Assembly: GCA_963775425.1 (NCBI GenBank)
Contig: CAVZJB010000005.1
Span: 256,001-320,000, forward strand
Reading direction: 5' to 3'
DNA: 64,000 nucleotides
Origin: an uncultured delta proteobacterium
GTDB lineage: Bacteria > Myxococcota > UBA727 > VGSZ01
The position numbers and the translations under genes are program-made. Of the stretch, positions 18,297 through 28,823 are shown in pieces (position 1 is the first letter of the stretch; each line of letters starts with the position of its first letter). The notes below the pieces were generated by a model. The model saw only the letters and a program-made list of their open reading frames with translations, had not been told where the DNA came from and searched no databases.

Positions 18297-21200
18297 ATGA
18301 GTCGCGTGCCCCTCGTCGTCCTCCCTCGGGAGCTCGGGCAGGTGCCGCCGCCGGAGAAGCTCATCGGGCACAAGGCGCGCGGCCTCGCCCAATTGCTCGC
18401 GCTCAAGGCGCGGGTGCCGCGCTTCGGCATCTTGACGGCCGAGGCGTTCGACGCCCACGTCGCCCAGGACGACGTCCGAAACACCATGGCGGTGGCGCAC
18501 CAAAGCGGCTTCCCCGACGAGGCCTCGCGGCTCGCCCACGGCGAAGCGATGGTGCGCGCCGTCCTGCGAAACCCGCTGCCCGTGACCGTGCGCATCGGGC
18601 TGCACGAGATCCTGGGCGCGTTCGCCGAGGAGGACCTGCTGGCCGTGCGCGCCAGCGTCGTCGGCGAGCCCCTCGAGGCGGCCGTCGTCACCGGCGCCCT
18701 CGACAGCGCGCTCGGCGTCAAGGGCAAGGAGGCCCTCGAGGACGCGGTGCTCCGCATCATCGCCCTGGCGTTCCACCCGCGCACGCTCGGGCTGCGCGAG
18801 GCCGCCGGGCTGCCCGCCGTCGGCTGCCGCATGGCCGTCGTCGTGCAGCGGATGGTGCTGTCGGAGTCGAGCGGCGTGTGCGTCTCCCTCGAGACGGGCG
18901 GGCGGGCGGCGGCCCGGCGGCCGTCGGCGCTGGTGCGCGGGTGCTGGGGCCTGGGCGGCGGCATCGGCGGCAAACATGGCAGCCCGCGCATCCCGTCGGA
19001 TCTGGTGCGGGTGGAGCGCCCCACCCTGGCCGCGGACGGGCTCGACGACGACGCCCGCGTCGAGACCGAGATCGCGCAGAAGAACGAGCAGCTCAAGCTC
19101 GACCCCGCCGGCAAGGGCGCGCGCATGCAGCCCGTGCTCGAGCACCTGAAGAAGGAGGCGTGCGTGTCGCCGGTGCAGGCGCGCATGGTCGCCCGCGAGG
19201 CGCTGAGGCTGGAGGCGGCGTTCGGCAAGCCGCAGGTGATGTCGTGGGCGTTCGCGGGGCGCCTGTTGCACGTCCTCGATGTCGAGCCGCTCCTCGTCCC
19301 GGTCGCGCGCGTCGAGTCCGATCGCCAGCGCACCTGGGACGATCGCCTGCTGCCCACCGGGCTCCTCGCGGCGGCCACGCCGCTGACCTTCTCGGTCTGG
19401 CAGCGCGCGGCCGCCCGCGGCGTCGAGCGCGCCGGCCGCATCCTCGGCGTGAAGGGCGTCATCCTCGAGGACACGCGTCCGCAGATGCCGCGCCTCGTGG
19501 GGCAGGTGAGCGGGCGCGTCTACGCCAACCTCGAGGTGCTGAGCGCGCTGCTGGACCTGCTGCCCTTCGCCGACAAGGCGCGCGCGGCGTTGGCGGCGGC
19601 GACGGGGCAGGCGGAGCTCGTGCCGCGCAAGGCGCCGCCGCCGGGGTTCTGGCAGCGGCAACGGCAGAAGCTCGACGAGGGGCGCTGGCCCGGGCAGCTC
19701 GAGAAGATCTCGGCGTCGGCCTTCGCCGACAGCGAGCGCTTCCGCGGCGAGGTGGAGGCCGTCCTCGACAAGGTGCGCGGCCTGCGCGTCGCCGCCCTCG
19801 ACCCCGACAGCCTCATCGATCTGTTCGACGAGCTCGAGGACGCGCTCAGCAAGGCGGTCGCCGCCCTGGTGCTCTCGGGCCTCGCCGCGCTGCTGTACAT
19901 GCGGGAGCTCGACGCCGCCGCCGCGGAGAGCGGGCTCAGCGAGCACGCGGGCCTCCTGAGCGACCTGCTCGGCGGCGAGGTCCCCGGCGACCTCGTCGAG
20001 CTGTCGCGCCGGGCCTACGCCATCACGGAGCTCGTGCGCCGGCGCCCGCCGCTCGAGGAGATGTTGCGCGACAACCGAGAGCACCTCGACAGCGTCGCCG
20101 TCCACCTGCTCGGGGAGCCCGACGGCCTCGACGACGACGAGCGCCGCCTCGGTGAGGAGCTGCGCGCGGTGACCACGAGCGCCGCCGCCACCTGCACCGG
20201 CGAGCTCACGCTCGAGGGGCCGCGGCTGTGGGAGCGGCCCGACGCCGTGCTCGAGATGGTGCTGCGCCTGCTGCCCGCGGGCGCGGGGCCGGACACCCTC
20301 GACGCGCTCGCGCGCAAGTCGTCGGGCGCGCGCAAGAAGGCCGAGTACGCCGTGGAGGTCGCCGGGCCGCGCATGAAGAGCGCCGTGCGCAAGCGGCTGC
20401 TGGCGTCGCTCGAGGGGGTGCGCAAGCACGGCCGCGACGCGGCGCTGTTGTGGATCCCCGCCGAGCGCGTCGTCGATCGCCTGCGCATCGTGGGCATGGC
20501 GCTCGGCGAGCGGCTCTTCGAGCACGGGCTCCTCGATCAGCCCCGCGACTTCCTCTACCTCACCACGCCGGAGCTCTCGGGCCTCGTACGCGGCACCGGC
20601 GTCGACCAGGACGGCAAGTCCATGGTGGCGGCGCGCAAGCGACAGGCGACCGTACGACCGATGGGTCTGCCCAAGCGCCTGGAGACGAGGGGCGTCGTGG
20701 CCACGTCCTTGTGGAACGACGACGAGGAGGACGAGGCGGTGGTCACCTCGCCCGGCGAGCAGAAGGAGCTGTCCGGGCGCTCCGTCGCCGCCGGCGTCGT
20801 CAACGAGCCGTCCGTGATCCTCGACATGCCGCTCGGCGCGTCCGCCCCGCCGGCGCCGCTGCCGGCTCGCGCGCCGAACGCGGCCCAGCCGCCGGCGACG
20901 CAGGCGGTGCCCGGCGGCGTCGTCGTCGTGAGCGCGCCGACGCTCGCCACCCTGCCGCTGTTGCTGGTCGCGCGCGCGGTCGTGGCCGAGCGCGGCAACA
21001 TCTGGGGCCCGGCGTCCTACGCGCTGCGCGCCTGCGGGGTCCCCACCGTCGTCGACGCGCCGCAGGCCACGGCGTTCAGCCCGGGGGAGCCGCTGCACGT
21101 CGACGGCGCCCGGGGCACGGTGAAGCGCGTGGTGAGGCTCGCCCCGGAGACCCGCCCGTCACCCCCGGCGGCCGGCGTCGACCCGGCGATCTTCGCGCGC

Positions 21201-21506
21201 GAGGCGGTGCTCTCGAACCCGCGCCTGCGCGCGCCCGCGCACCGTCCGGCGCAGCCGCTCCCCGACCTGCAGCCGCCGCCCATCGTGCGGCCCGCGCCCA
21301 CAGGCCGCATCGGTCCGTCGCCGTCGCCGCCGCCGCCGCGCGCCGTGGCCGCGCCGCCGCCCGCGCTGCCCGTCGACGACGAGAGCGGCGACTTCGTGGC
21401 GCTCACCACCGAGTTCACCGCGCCCGAGAAGCGGCTCGAAGAGATCGAGACCGAAGACGACGACGTCATCGAGTCCATCGACAGCACCGACTCCGAGCAC
21501 AAATGA
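18297..21506 (+). CDS. PEP/pyruvate-binding (PPDK/RPH-like) three-domain protein, catalytically degenerate
   Basis: IGHKARGL..RVP, LAVRAS, MAVVVQRMV..SSGV, WGLG, FGKPQ, TPLTFS, GRVYANL, C-terminal swivel-domain fold, Pro-rich and acidic tail. Confidence 0.85.
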   Translation: MSRVPLVVLPRELGQVPPPEKLIGHKARGLAQLLALKARVPRFGILTAEAFDAHVAQDDVRNTMAVAHQSGFPDEASRLAHGEAMVRAVLRNPLPVTVRIGLHEILGAFAEEDLLAVRASVVGEPLEAAVVTGALDSALGVKGKEALEDAVLRIIALAFHPRTLGLREAAGLPAVGCRMAVVVQRMVLSESSGVCVSLETGGRAAARRPSALVRGCWGLGGGIGGKHGSPRIPSDLVRVERPTLAADGLDDDARVETEIAQKNEQLKLDPAGKGARMQPVLEHLKKEACVSPVQARMVAREALRLEAAFGKPQVMSWAFAGRLLHVLDVEPLLVPVARVESDRQRTWDDRLLPTGLLAAATPLTFSVWQRAAARGVERAGRILGVKGVILEDTRPQMPRLVGQVSGRVYANLEVLSALLDLLPFADKARAALAAATGQAELVPRKAPPPGFWQRQRQKLDEGRWPGQLEKISASAFADSERFRGEVEAVLDKVRGLRVAALDPDSLIDLFDELEDALSKAVAALVLSGLAALLYMRELDAAAAESGLSEHAGLLSDLLGGEVPGDLVELSRRAYAITELVRRRPPLEEMLRDNREHLDSVAVHLLGEPDGLDDDERRLGEELRAVTTSAAATCTGELTLEGPRLWERPDAVLEMVLRLLPAGAGPDTLDALARKSSGARKKAEYAVEVAGPRMKSAVRKRLLASLEGVRKHGRDAALLWIPAERVVDRLRIVGMALGERLFEHGLLDQPRDFLYLTTPELSGLVRGTGVDQDGKSMVAARKRQATVRPMGLPKRLETRGVVATSLWNDDEEDEAVVTSPGEQKELSGRSVAAGVVNEPSVILDMPLGASAPPAPLPARAPNAAQPPATQAVPGGVVVVSAPTLATLPLLLVARAVVAERGNIWGPASYALRACGVPTVVDAPQATAFSPGEPLHVDGARGTVKRVVRLAPETRPSPPAAGVDPAIFAREAVLSNPRLRAPAHRPAQPLPDLQPPPIVRPAPTGRIGPSPSPPPPRAVAAPPPALPVDDESGDFVALTTEFTAPEKRLEEIETEDDDVIESIDSTDSEHK

Positions 21507-21522
21507 CGCGCCGCGCGCTACG

Positions 21523-24072
21523 TCACTGCGGGAAGCACGTGTTGTCGGTGGGATCGCAGAAGTAGCTCTCGGCGGTGCGGCAGTCGGCGTCGGTGTCGCA
21601 GCTCTTGAGGCACACCTGGATCTCGCCGCTCACCACCTGCAGCGCGGCGCAGATGCCGTTCGACCCGCAGTCGGTGTCGTTCTGGCAGTCCTCGGTGCAG
21701 TAGCCGCCGGTGAAACCGTCGTCGGCGGGCTCGCAGTACAGGCCGCCGCCGCACTCGTCGCTTGCGGTGCACGCGTCGCCGAGGACGCCGTCGCCGGTGC
21801 CGCCGGTCCCGTCGCCGGGGGTGAAGCCCGGGGCGACGACGAAGTCCGCGCCGGTCAGGTGATCGTCGGCCGCGACCGTGACGCGGCCGCAGTCGGCGGT
21901 GGTGCACGCGGTGTCGCCGCTCTGCTTGGGCGTGTAGATGCCGACCGCGTCGACGTCGTCGTCGTAGCTGCCGTTGTTGTTGGTGTCGACGAGGCCGACG
22001 ACGATGTACGTGCCGGGGTCGAGGTTGAAGAGCTTGTACTCGAAGCTCTGCAGCTCCGTGGTGGTGACGATGCGCGCGACCTTGAGCCCGCCGTCGCCGG
22101 CTACCTTCACGGCGCCCACGTCGACGCTGGTGAGCGCCTGGATGACGTCGCTGGTCCACACCACGCGCGCCTCCGAAGAGCCGCCGTCGAACGACGCCGT
22201 CACCGTGCACTCGCCGTTGTCGTCGGCGTCGGCGTTTCGCTCGATGCTCACGGTCGCGACGATCTGACCGTTGGCGCCGACGTTGCCGGCCCCGGAGTCG
22301 AGCGTGCAGCTGGCGCGGTCCTGGCCGCCTACGGTGAGCGTCACCGAGGTCCCCGCGTTGCCGATGTTCTTGAACACCACCGGCGACTCCGTCTGCCCCT
22401 TGCCCACGCGCACGAACGACGGGCTCGCGATGACGTGCGGCCCGTCGAGCCCGCCCTGCAGATCGAGGAGCGCCGCCGCCGCGCTCATGCGCCCGGCGCC
22501 GCAGCCGTCGGGGCAGTCGAGGTCGGGGCTGGCGGAGTCCGTCAGGATCTGCCGCACGTCTTCCTGGGTGAGCGTGGGGTCGAGGCTCTTCAGGAGCATG
22601 GCCACGCCCGCTACGTGCGGCGTGGCCATGGAGGTGCCCTGATAGAAGGTGACGAAGTCGTCGACGGTCGACAGCACGCCGTCGCCCTGGCCGTCGCCGT
22701 CGACGTCCTCGGCCTGCTCTCCGCCGGGCGCGGCGATGTCGACCTTGTTGCCGAAGTTGGAGTAGCTGGCCTTCCTCGGCGTCGGGCGGCCCGGCCCGGT
22801 GTTTCCGTGCGCGGCGACGACGATGGCGTCGGGGGCGTTGGCGGGCGTGGAGCTCGAGGCGTCCTCGTCGCTGTTGCCGGCGGCCACGACGACGATGCAG
22901 CCCGTGGCGACGGCGTCGGCCACGGCCTCGTTCATCGCCTGGCTGGTGCCTTCACCGCCGAGGGACATGTTCAGCACGTCCGCGGGCGTGGGGTTGTCGT
23001 TCACGCCGTCGACGGAGTTGCCCACGGCCCACTCGATGCCGTCGGCGATGTCGGCGAGGGAGCCGCCGCCGTCGCCGAGGACGCGCACGGGCAGAAGGCC
23101 GCCCGCCCAGGTGACGCCCGCGACCATCTGTCCGTTGTCCGTGTCGGCGCCGATGGTCCCGGCGACGTGGCTGCCGTGGAAGCTGTTGCACCCGGCACCG
23201 CACTCGTTGTCGCCGGGGTCGAAGCCGTCGTTGTCGCGGCCGTCGCCGTCGTTGGCGACGCCGGGGTCGTCGATGAGGTCGGCGCCGTGGGAGATGACGC
23301 GCGCTTGCAGGTCGGGGTGGTTGTAGAGGATGCCGGTGTCGACGACGGCGGCGACGAGGCTCGGATCGCCGACGGTGATGTCCCACGCGGCGGGCAGATC
23401 GATGGCCGCGTAGTGCCACTGCAGGGTGAAGAACTCGTCGTTGGGCTGCGCCTCGATCTGCAGGATGAGGTTCTTCTCGGCGTAGGCGAGGAACGGCGCG
23501 TCTTGCAGCGCGAGCACGGCCTCGATCGTGGCTTCGGCGTCGAGCTTCTTGCCGTAGACGTCGGTGACCTCGGCCAGGCAGCGATAGGGCGTGCCGCACA
23601 AGCGCACGTCGACGCCGAGCTGGTGTCCGAACGCGTCTTCGAGGACGCCGCGCACCGCCGCCGCCAGCTCCGCCTTGCGCGCGCGCATCGGCTCGACGGC
23701 CCGGACGATGATCTCGCCCGGGCGGAAGCGCTCGGTGGCGGTCTTCGCGCGTGCGACGCGGTTGTGATCGCTCGTGTGCGGCAGCCGCGGTCCCGCCTTG
23801 TGCACGGGGCCGTCGGGCGGCTGAACGCTCGACGTCCTCACGGCGTCGCGCATGACGTCCTTGAGCTGCGCGGCGAACGCCGGATCCAGGCGGTGCAGGC
23901 CGAACCCGGCGCCGCCGGCCTCGGGCACGGTGACGGTGCCGGTGACCTGCGCCCGGGTGGGGTCCTCGCAGTTGGGGTCGGTCTCGTAGTCGCACAGCCC
24001 GAGGCAGTCGGCGCCGGCGACGAACGGGAAGGCACACGCGACGAGAGCGAGAGGGGTGAGCGTGCGAAGCAT
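21523..24072 (-). CDS. S8 subtilase serine peptidase, secreted, with Cys-rich C-terminus
   Basis: Triad motifs VVDTG, FHGSHVAGT, GTSMATPHVAG; oxyanion AAGN; signal peptide. Confidence 0.95.
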   Translation of the reverse strand: MLRTLTPLALVACAFPFVAGADCLGLCDYETDPNCEDPTRAQVTGTVTVPEAGGAGFGLHRLDPAFAAQLKDVMRDAVRTSSVQPPDGPVHKAGPRLPHTSDHNRVARAKTATERFRPGEIIVRAVEPMRARKAELAAAVRGVLEDAFGHQLGVDVRLCGTPYRCLAEVTDVYGKKLDAEATIEAVLALQDAPFLAYAEKNLILQIEAQPNDEFFTLQWHYAAIDLPAAWDITVGDPSLVAAVVDTGILYNHPDLQARVISHGADLIDDPGVANDGDGRDNDGFDPGDNECGAGCNSFHGSHVAGTIGADTDNGQMVAGVTWAGGLLPVRVLGDGGGSLADIADGIEWAVGNSVDGVNDNPTPADVLNMSLGGEGTSQAMNEAVADAVATGCIVVVAAGNSDEDASSSTPANAPDAIVVAAHGNTGPGRPTPRKASYSNFGNKVDIAAPGGEQAEDVDGDGQGDGVLSTVDDFVTFYQGTSMATPHVAGVAMLLKSLDPTLTQEDVRQILTDSASPDLDCPDGCGAGRMSAAAALLDLQGGLDGPHVIASPSFVRVGKGQTESPVVFKNIGNAGTSVTLTVGGQDRASCTLDSGAGNVGANGQIVATVSIERNADADDNGECTVTASFDGGSSEARVVWTSDVIQALTSVDVGAVKVAGDGGLKVARIVTTTELQSFEYKLFNLDPGTYIVVGLVDTNNNGSYDDDVDAVGIYTPKQSGDTACTTADCGRVTVAADDHLTGADFVVAPGFTPGDGTGGTGDGVLGDACTASDECGGGLYCEPADDGFTGGYCTEDCQNDTDCGSNGICAALQVVSGEIQVCLKSCDTDADCRTAESYFCDPTDNTCFPQ

Positions 24073-24162
24073 GCAGCCAATGTAGCGCACGGGTCCGGGC
24101 GGGGCCCACGTCGTCGTCGCCGGCGGCGCTCCCGTACGTGCGCGCCGTGCAACCGTACGGAG

Positions 24163-25191
24163 CTACTTTCGCTCGCGGGTGGTGCGGTCGCTGTCGATGC
24201 TGTCGACGTCGTCGAGCTCGGCGATCTCCGCGATCTCGGCGAGCGCCAGCGAGGTGAAGCGCCGGGTCTCCGGCAGCGGCGGCGGCGTGCGCACGCCCGC
24301 CTCGTCGAAGAAGCCCGAGAACAGCGGGCGGCCCTCGAACGGATCGAGCTGCGCAGGCGCGGGCGCGAAGCCCGGGGGATCGATGAGCGTGACCCCGGCC
24401 TCGTCGGCCTCGAGCACCGGAGGCAGCGCCGCCGGCGTCCCCGTGGGCGGCGTGAGCTGGGCGTTCTCGCTCTCGTCGAGGATCCGCGCGCCCTCGAGGA
24501 GCAGGAACGTGGTGTCCCGCGCGATGTTGCGCTCGTCGACGTGGCGGCCGTAGCGGATGCGGAACGCGCCGCGGCGCGCGGAGAACAGCTCGAAGAACGC
24601 GGGCTCACCGGTGTGGGCGTCCGTCCTGGCGTAGACGACGTGGCCCCGCTCCATGCCGATGGTGCCGCCGGGCGAGCCCTTGGGCCGCACCTCGACGATG
24701 GCGTCCTTGGCGCCCTGCGCCAGCGCCTGCACGATCTCGTAGACCGGCATCTCCTTGAGGGTGCCGACCACGCCGGTAGGCTCGTCGTCCTCGACCGGCG
24801 TGTCCTCGATGCACATGGGCGGCGGCACCGGCGCGAGGTCCATGGGCACCCGTTCGACGGGCGCCCGATCCATGGCTGACCCGGGCACGAGGTCGAACGC
24901 CTCGATCCCGGAGATGTCGGCCGGCAGGGCCTTCAGGACCTCGAGCTGGATGCGGGAGCCCGGGGTGACGACGACGGCGTCGTCGAGGACGCGGCAAACG
25001 GCCTCGAAGCGGTCTCCGCCCACCTGCAGGGCGATCGCGAGCTGCGCCCCTTCGACGAAGAGCTGGGGGATGTCCTTGAGGGTCCCCGCCACCCGGTGCC
25101 CCCCGGTGGTGACGGCCAGACCGCCGCGTGCATCAAGCACCTCAGCGTCGATGCGACGATCGATGGCGAGCAATCCCACAGCTCGAGTCAT
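24163..25191 (-). CDS. DUF4388 (PATAN-like) domain protein
   Basis: GTLKEMPVYEIVQAL...GTIGMERGHVVYA...GEPAFFEL...GAF...FLLLEGARILDE. Confidence 0.82.
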   Translation of the reverse strand: MTRAVGLLAIDRRIDAEVLDARGGLAVTTGGHRVAGTLKDIPQLFVEGAQLAIALQVGGDRFEAVCRVLDDAVVVTPGSRIQLEVLKALPADISGIEAFDLVPGSAMDRAPVERVPMDLAPVPPPMCIEDTPVEDDEPTGVVGTLKEMPVYEIVQALAQGAKDAIVEVRPKGSPGGTIGMERGHVVYARTDAHTGEPAFFELFSARRGAFRIRYGRHVDERNIARDTTFLLLEGARILDESENAQLTPPTGTPAALPPVLEADEAGVTLIDPPGFAPAPAQLDPFEGRPLFSGFFDEAGVRTPPPLPETRRFTSLALAEIAEIAELDDVDSIDSDRTTRERK

Positions 25192-25346
25192 TACCCCGTG
25201 CACACCCTCTGTCTACGCCCTTCGACCGACGTCACGATGCAGCGTCCCTCGGTCGGATGACCGACGTCACTGTTTCCTGGTGTCGGGCCCCGCGCGCGGT
25301 CGATTCGGGCCCTTGCGGCGGCCGCCCGGAGAGCTATCCGAAGCGC

Positions 25347-26678
25347 ATGAACGCCGGCGACATCGTCAACAACTGCAAGCGCTTCACGATGTACTCCTGG
25401 TCCGCGGGCGACGCCGTCGACCCCATCCCCTTCGTGCGCGGCGAGCGGGTGTGGCTCTACGACGCGGACGGCAAGCGCTACCTCGACTGGAACAGCCAGG
25501 CCATGAGCGTGCACATCGGCCACGGCAACAAGAAGGTCATCGACGCCATCGCCCGCCAGGCCCGGGAGTTGGCGTACGTCTACGCCGGCGCCGCCACCGA
25601 GGTGCGCGCGCGCCTGGGCGAGAAGCTCGCGAGCGTGATGCCGGGTGATTTGAACACCACCTTCTTCACGCTCGGCGGCGGCGAGGCCAACGAGAACGCG
25701 GTGCGGGCGGCGCGGGCGGTGACCGGGCGCAGCAAGGTGCTCGCCCGCTACCGCAGCTACCACGGCGCCGGCGCGCTCTCGATCACGCTCACCGGCGACA
25801 GCCGCCGCTGGCACAACGAGCCGGGCCCGCCCGGGATCGTGCACGTGCTCGACCCCGTGCCCTACAACTTCTCGTTCGGGGGCACCCCCGAGGAGCGCGG
25901 CGCCCACAACCTCGCGTACCTCGAGGAGGTCATCGCGATGGAGGGCGGCCACACCATCGCGGCCATGATCATCGAGACGGTGACGGGCACAAACGGCGTG
26001 CTCCCGCCGCCGGACGGCTTCTTGAGGGGGCTGCGGGCGCTTTTGCACAAGCACGGCATCCTGCTCATCTGCGACGAGGTCATGGCGGGCTTCGGGCGCA
26101 CCGGCGAGATGTTCGCGTTCCAGCACGGCCTCGGCGACGACGAGGCGCCGGACATCATCACCATGGCGAAGGGCCTGACGTCGTCGTACCTGCCGCTCGG
26201 CGGCGTCGGCCTCGGCGAGCGCGTCGCGGCCTACTTCAAAAAGAACGTCTACTGGGGCGGCCACACGTACAACGCGCACCCGATGTGCCTGGCGGCCGCG
26301 CTCGCGAACATCGAGGTCATCGAGGAGGAGGGCCTCGTCGACAACGCGAGGAAGCTCGAGCCCGTCATGCGCGCGGAGATGGCGCGGCTGAACAAGAAGC
26401 ACCCCTGCATGAAGGAGGGGCGCGCCCTCGGCCTCTTCGGGATGATCGACCTGCAAAAGAACGCGGCGGGAGAGCCCATCGCGCCGTACGGCTCGTCGTC
26501 ACCGGTGATGGCCAAGCTCTCGCGCTTCTTCCGCGACAACGGCCTGTTCACCTTCGTGAAGCACACGAACTTCACGTGCATCCCGCCGCTTTGCATCACA
26601 GAGGCCGAGCTGCACGAGGGCTTCGCCATCGTGGACCGCGGCCTCGACCTCGTCGACGCCGAGCTCGGTCTGCGGTGA
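25347..26678 (+). CDS. Class III PLP aminotransferase (omega-amino acid type)
   Basis: GKRYLD, GGEANENA, YRSYHG, LLICDEVMAGFGRTG, PDIITMAKG, GHTYNAHP. Confidence 0.93.
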   Translation: MNAGDIVNNCKRFTMYSWSAGDAVDPIPFVRGERVWLYDADGKRYLDWNSQAMSVHIGHGNKKVIDAIARQARELAYVYAGAATEVRARLGEKLASVMPGDLNTTFFTLGGGEANENAVRAARAVTGRSKVLARYRSYHGAGALSITLTGDSRRWHNEPGPPGIVHVLDPVPYNFSFGGTPEERGAHNLAYLEEVIAMEGGHTIAAMIIETVTGTNGVLPPPDGFLRGLRALLHKHGILLICDEVMAGFGRTGEMFAFQHGLGDDEAPDIITMAKGLTSSYLPLGGVGLGERVAAYFKKNVYWGGHTYNAHPMCLAAALANIEVIEEEGLVDNARKLEPVMRAEMARLNKKHPCMKEGRALGLFGMIDLQKNAAGEPIAPYGSSSPVMAKLSRFFRDNGLFTFVKHTNFTCIPPLCITEAELHEGFAIVDRGLDLVDAELGLR

Positions 26679-26737
26679 GCGGGCCCGCGAGGGGCGAGGC
26701 TGTTGACGGCGCGGCCGGCTGCTGAGACGGTCCCGCC

Positions 26738-27235
26738 GTGCTCGCTTTGAAGGTCTTCGCGGGAGTGCTGGCGGCCGCCATCGTGGCGTTCCTCGCCGTA
26801 GGCGCGGCGCGCCCGCACCGGTGGCACGTCGAAAAGACGTTGGTGATGGCGGCGCCGCCGGAGGCGGTGTTCGCGCACGTCGGCCACCTCGAGGCGTGGC
26901 CGGCCTGGATGCCCCTCGAGGACGAGGGCTGCGCGCTCGAGGACACGCGCATCGCGTGCCCGCACAGCAAGGTGAAGATCAAGGACGCCGACCCCGCCCG
27001 CGGCGTGTGGCTCGACGAGGAGATCGGCGACGACGAGGCCACGGCCTCGTTCACCTTCGAAAAGCTCGGGCCCGCGTCCACCAAGGTGACCTGGGTCGGC
27101 GACGGCGCGCTGATGCCCGTCGTCGGCGGCTGGATGCACGGCACCGTCGAGGAGCAGATTGGGGCGCGCATGGACACGTCGCTCGGCCGGCTCCAGCGCA
27201 TCGTTGCCGGTGAAGCGCGGACGACCACGCCGTGA
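26738..27235 (+). CDS. SRPBCC/START-fold protein with N-terminal TM helix
   Basis: WHVEKTLVMAAPPEAVFAHVGHLEAWPAWMP; TKVTW; SLGRLQRI. Confidence 0.82.
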   Translation: MLALKVFAGVLAAAIVAFLAVGAARPHRWHVEKTLVMAAPPEAVFAHVGHLEAWPAWMPLEDEGCALEDTRIACPHSKVKIKDADPARGVWLDEEIGDDEATASFTFEKLGPASTKVTWVGDGALMPVVGGWMHGTVEEQIGARMDTSLGRLQRIVAGEARTTTP

Positions 27236-28293
27236 CCGGGCGCGTCCTCGTGGTGGATGACGACGAGAGCATCCGCCAGCTCTTCGAGAGCGCGCTCAAG
27301 AAGCGCTACACGGTCCTCACCGCCGCCGACGGCGCCGAGGGCCGGGAGGCCCTGATCGCGCACGAGGACATCGTCTGCCTCGTCGCCGACCACATGATGC
27401 CCGGCATCACGGGCGTCGACCTGTGCCGTGAGGCCATGACGCTGCGCCCGAACGCCGCGCGCGTCCTGGTCACCGCGTCGGATCGCGTGGAGGACCTCGG
27501 CGACGCCATCAACCTCGGGCGCGTGCACCGCTTCGTGTCCAAGCCGGTGCGGCTCGGCGACCTCATCGAGGCGGTGGAGGACGCGGTGCGCGTCTGCAAC
27601 CTCGAGACGGAGAACGCGCGCCTCGTCGGGGAGCTCCAGCAGAAGAACCACCTCCTGCACAAGGCGCTGGCCGCGGTGCAGGAGAGCGAGCGCCGGCTCG
27701 AGCGCGAGGTCGAGGAGCGCACCCGCGAGCTCAAGATCGCCAACGCCGAGCTCGAGAAGCTCGCGCTGCGTGACGGCCTCACCGGCCTGTACAACCACCG
27801 CTTCTTCCAAGAAGCGCTCACCACGGAGCTCGCGCGCGCGGCGCGCTACGGCAACCCCGTCGGCCTCGTGTTCATCGACGTCGACCACTTCAAGAACTAC
27901 AACGACCTCTGCGGCCACCCCGCCGGCGACGAGCTCCTGCGCCAGCTCGCGCGCGTGCTCATCGCCACCGAAGACGTCCCCGAGTTCCGCTTCCGCGGGC
28001 GCCTCAGCGACATCGCCGCGCGCTACGGCGGCGAGGAGTTCGTGATCATCCTGCCCATGACGGACAAGGACGGCGCCGCCATTCGCGCCGAGCGCATCCG
28101 CGAGATGATCGCCGAGCACCCGTTTCCGCGCCGCGAGGTGCAGCCCGCAGGCTTCATCAGCGTGAGCATCGGCGTCGCCGCCTATCCGCGCGACGCCATC
28201 GACAAGGTCTCGCTCATCCAGGCCGCAGACGACGCCATGCTCCAGGCCAAGCGCACCGGCCGCAACAAGGTGATCGCGCACGCCGCACCCTGA
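27232..28293 (+). CDS. Response regulator diguanylate cyclase (REC-coiled coil-GGDEF)
   Basis: VLVVDDD, ADHMMPG, DGLTGLYN, DVDHFKNYND, RLSD I-site, RYGGEEF. Confidence 0.95.
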   Translation: MTGRVLVVDDDESIRQLFESALKKRYTVLTAADGAEGREALIAHEDIVCLVADHMMPGITGVDLCREAMTLRPNAARVLVTASDRVEDLGDAINLGRVHRFVSKPVRLGDLIEAVEDAVRVCNLETENARLVGELQQKNHLLHKALAAVQESERRLEREVEERTRELKIANAELEKLALRDGLTGLYNHRFFQEALTTELARAARYGNPVGLVFIDVDHFKNYNDLCGHPAGDELLRQLARVLIATEDVPEFRFRGRLSDIAARYGGEEFVIILPMTDKDGAAIRAERIREMIAEHPFPRREVQPAGFISVSIGVAAYPRDAIDKVSLIQAADDAMLQAKRTGRNKVIAHAAP

Positions 28294-28330
28294 CGGCGGA
28301 CGCGCGCGCGTTCGTCGCTGCGCTTCCTCG

Positions 28331-28783
28331 TCAGGCGTCGGTGAGGCCGCCCATGTCGTCCACCTGCGCGCGCAGCTCGGCGTCGCCGTCGACCTCGAGG
28401 GCGATGAGCGCCTTGCCGATCCAGTCGGCGACGAGCTGGAGCTCCTGCGGGCGCTCGGCGACGCGCGTCAGGTGCTCGAGGGCGCGGCCGAGGGCCTGCA
28501 CCCCCAGCGCGAGGTGCAGCGGCGGTGTCGACGGCGGGTGCGCCGAGCTCACGCGGGCGAGGTGGGCGAGCGCCGCCTGAGCGCCGGTGCCGTCGAGCCG
28601 CGGGCCCGCGCGCGCGAGCGCCGCGGCCTCGGAGGAGCCGGCGCCGGCGAGGGCGTCGGCGAGGTGGACCCGCACGGCGCGGTCGAGCCAGAGCGCGCCG
28701 AGGCGGCGGCGCTCTTCGACCGGCGCCGCGATCACGCGGCGGGCGTGCACCTTCTGGAGGATGATCGGGTCGTAGCGGGTCAC
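28331..28783 (-). CDS. Hypothetical helical protein
   Basis: GGAG-like RBS upstream of GTG; GC3-biased frame directly downstream of nadE. Confidence 0.6.
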   Translation of the reverse strand: MTRYDPIILQKVHARRVIAAPVEERRRLGALWLDRAVRVHLADALAGAGSSEAAALARAGPRLDGTGAQAALAHLARVSSAHPPSTPPLHLALGVQALGRALEHLTRVAERPQELQLVADWIGKALIALEVDGDAELRAQVDDMGGLTDA

Positions 28784-28823
28784 GCTCTCTTTGCTCCTCG
28801 GGCGCCGGCGCCCGTCGGTACCG

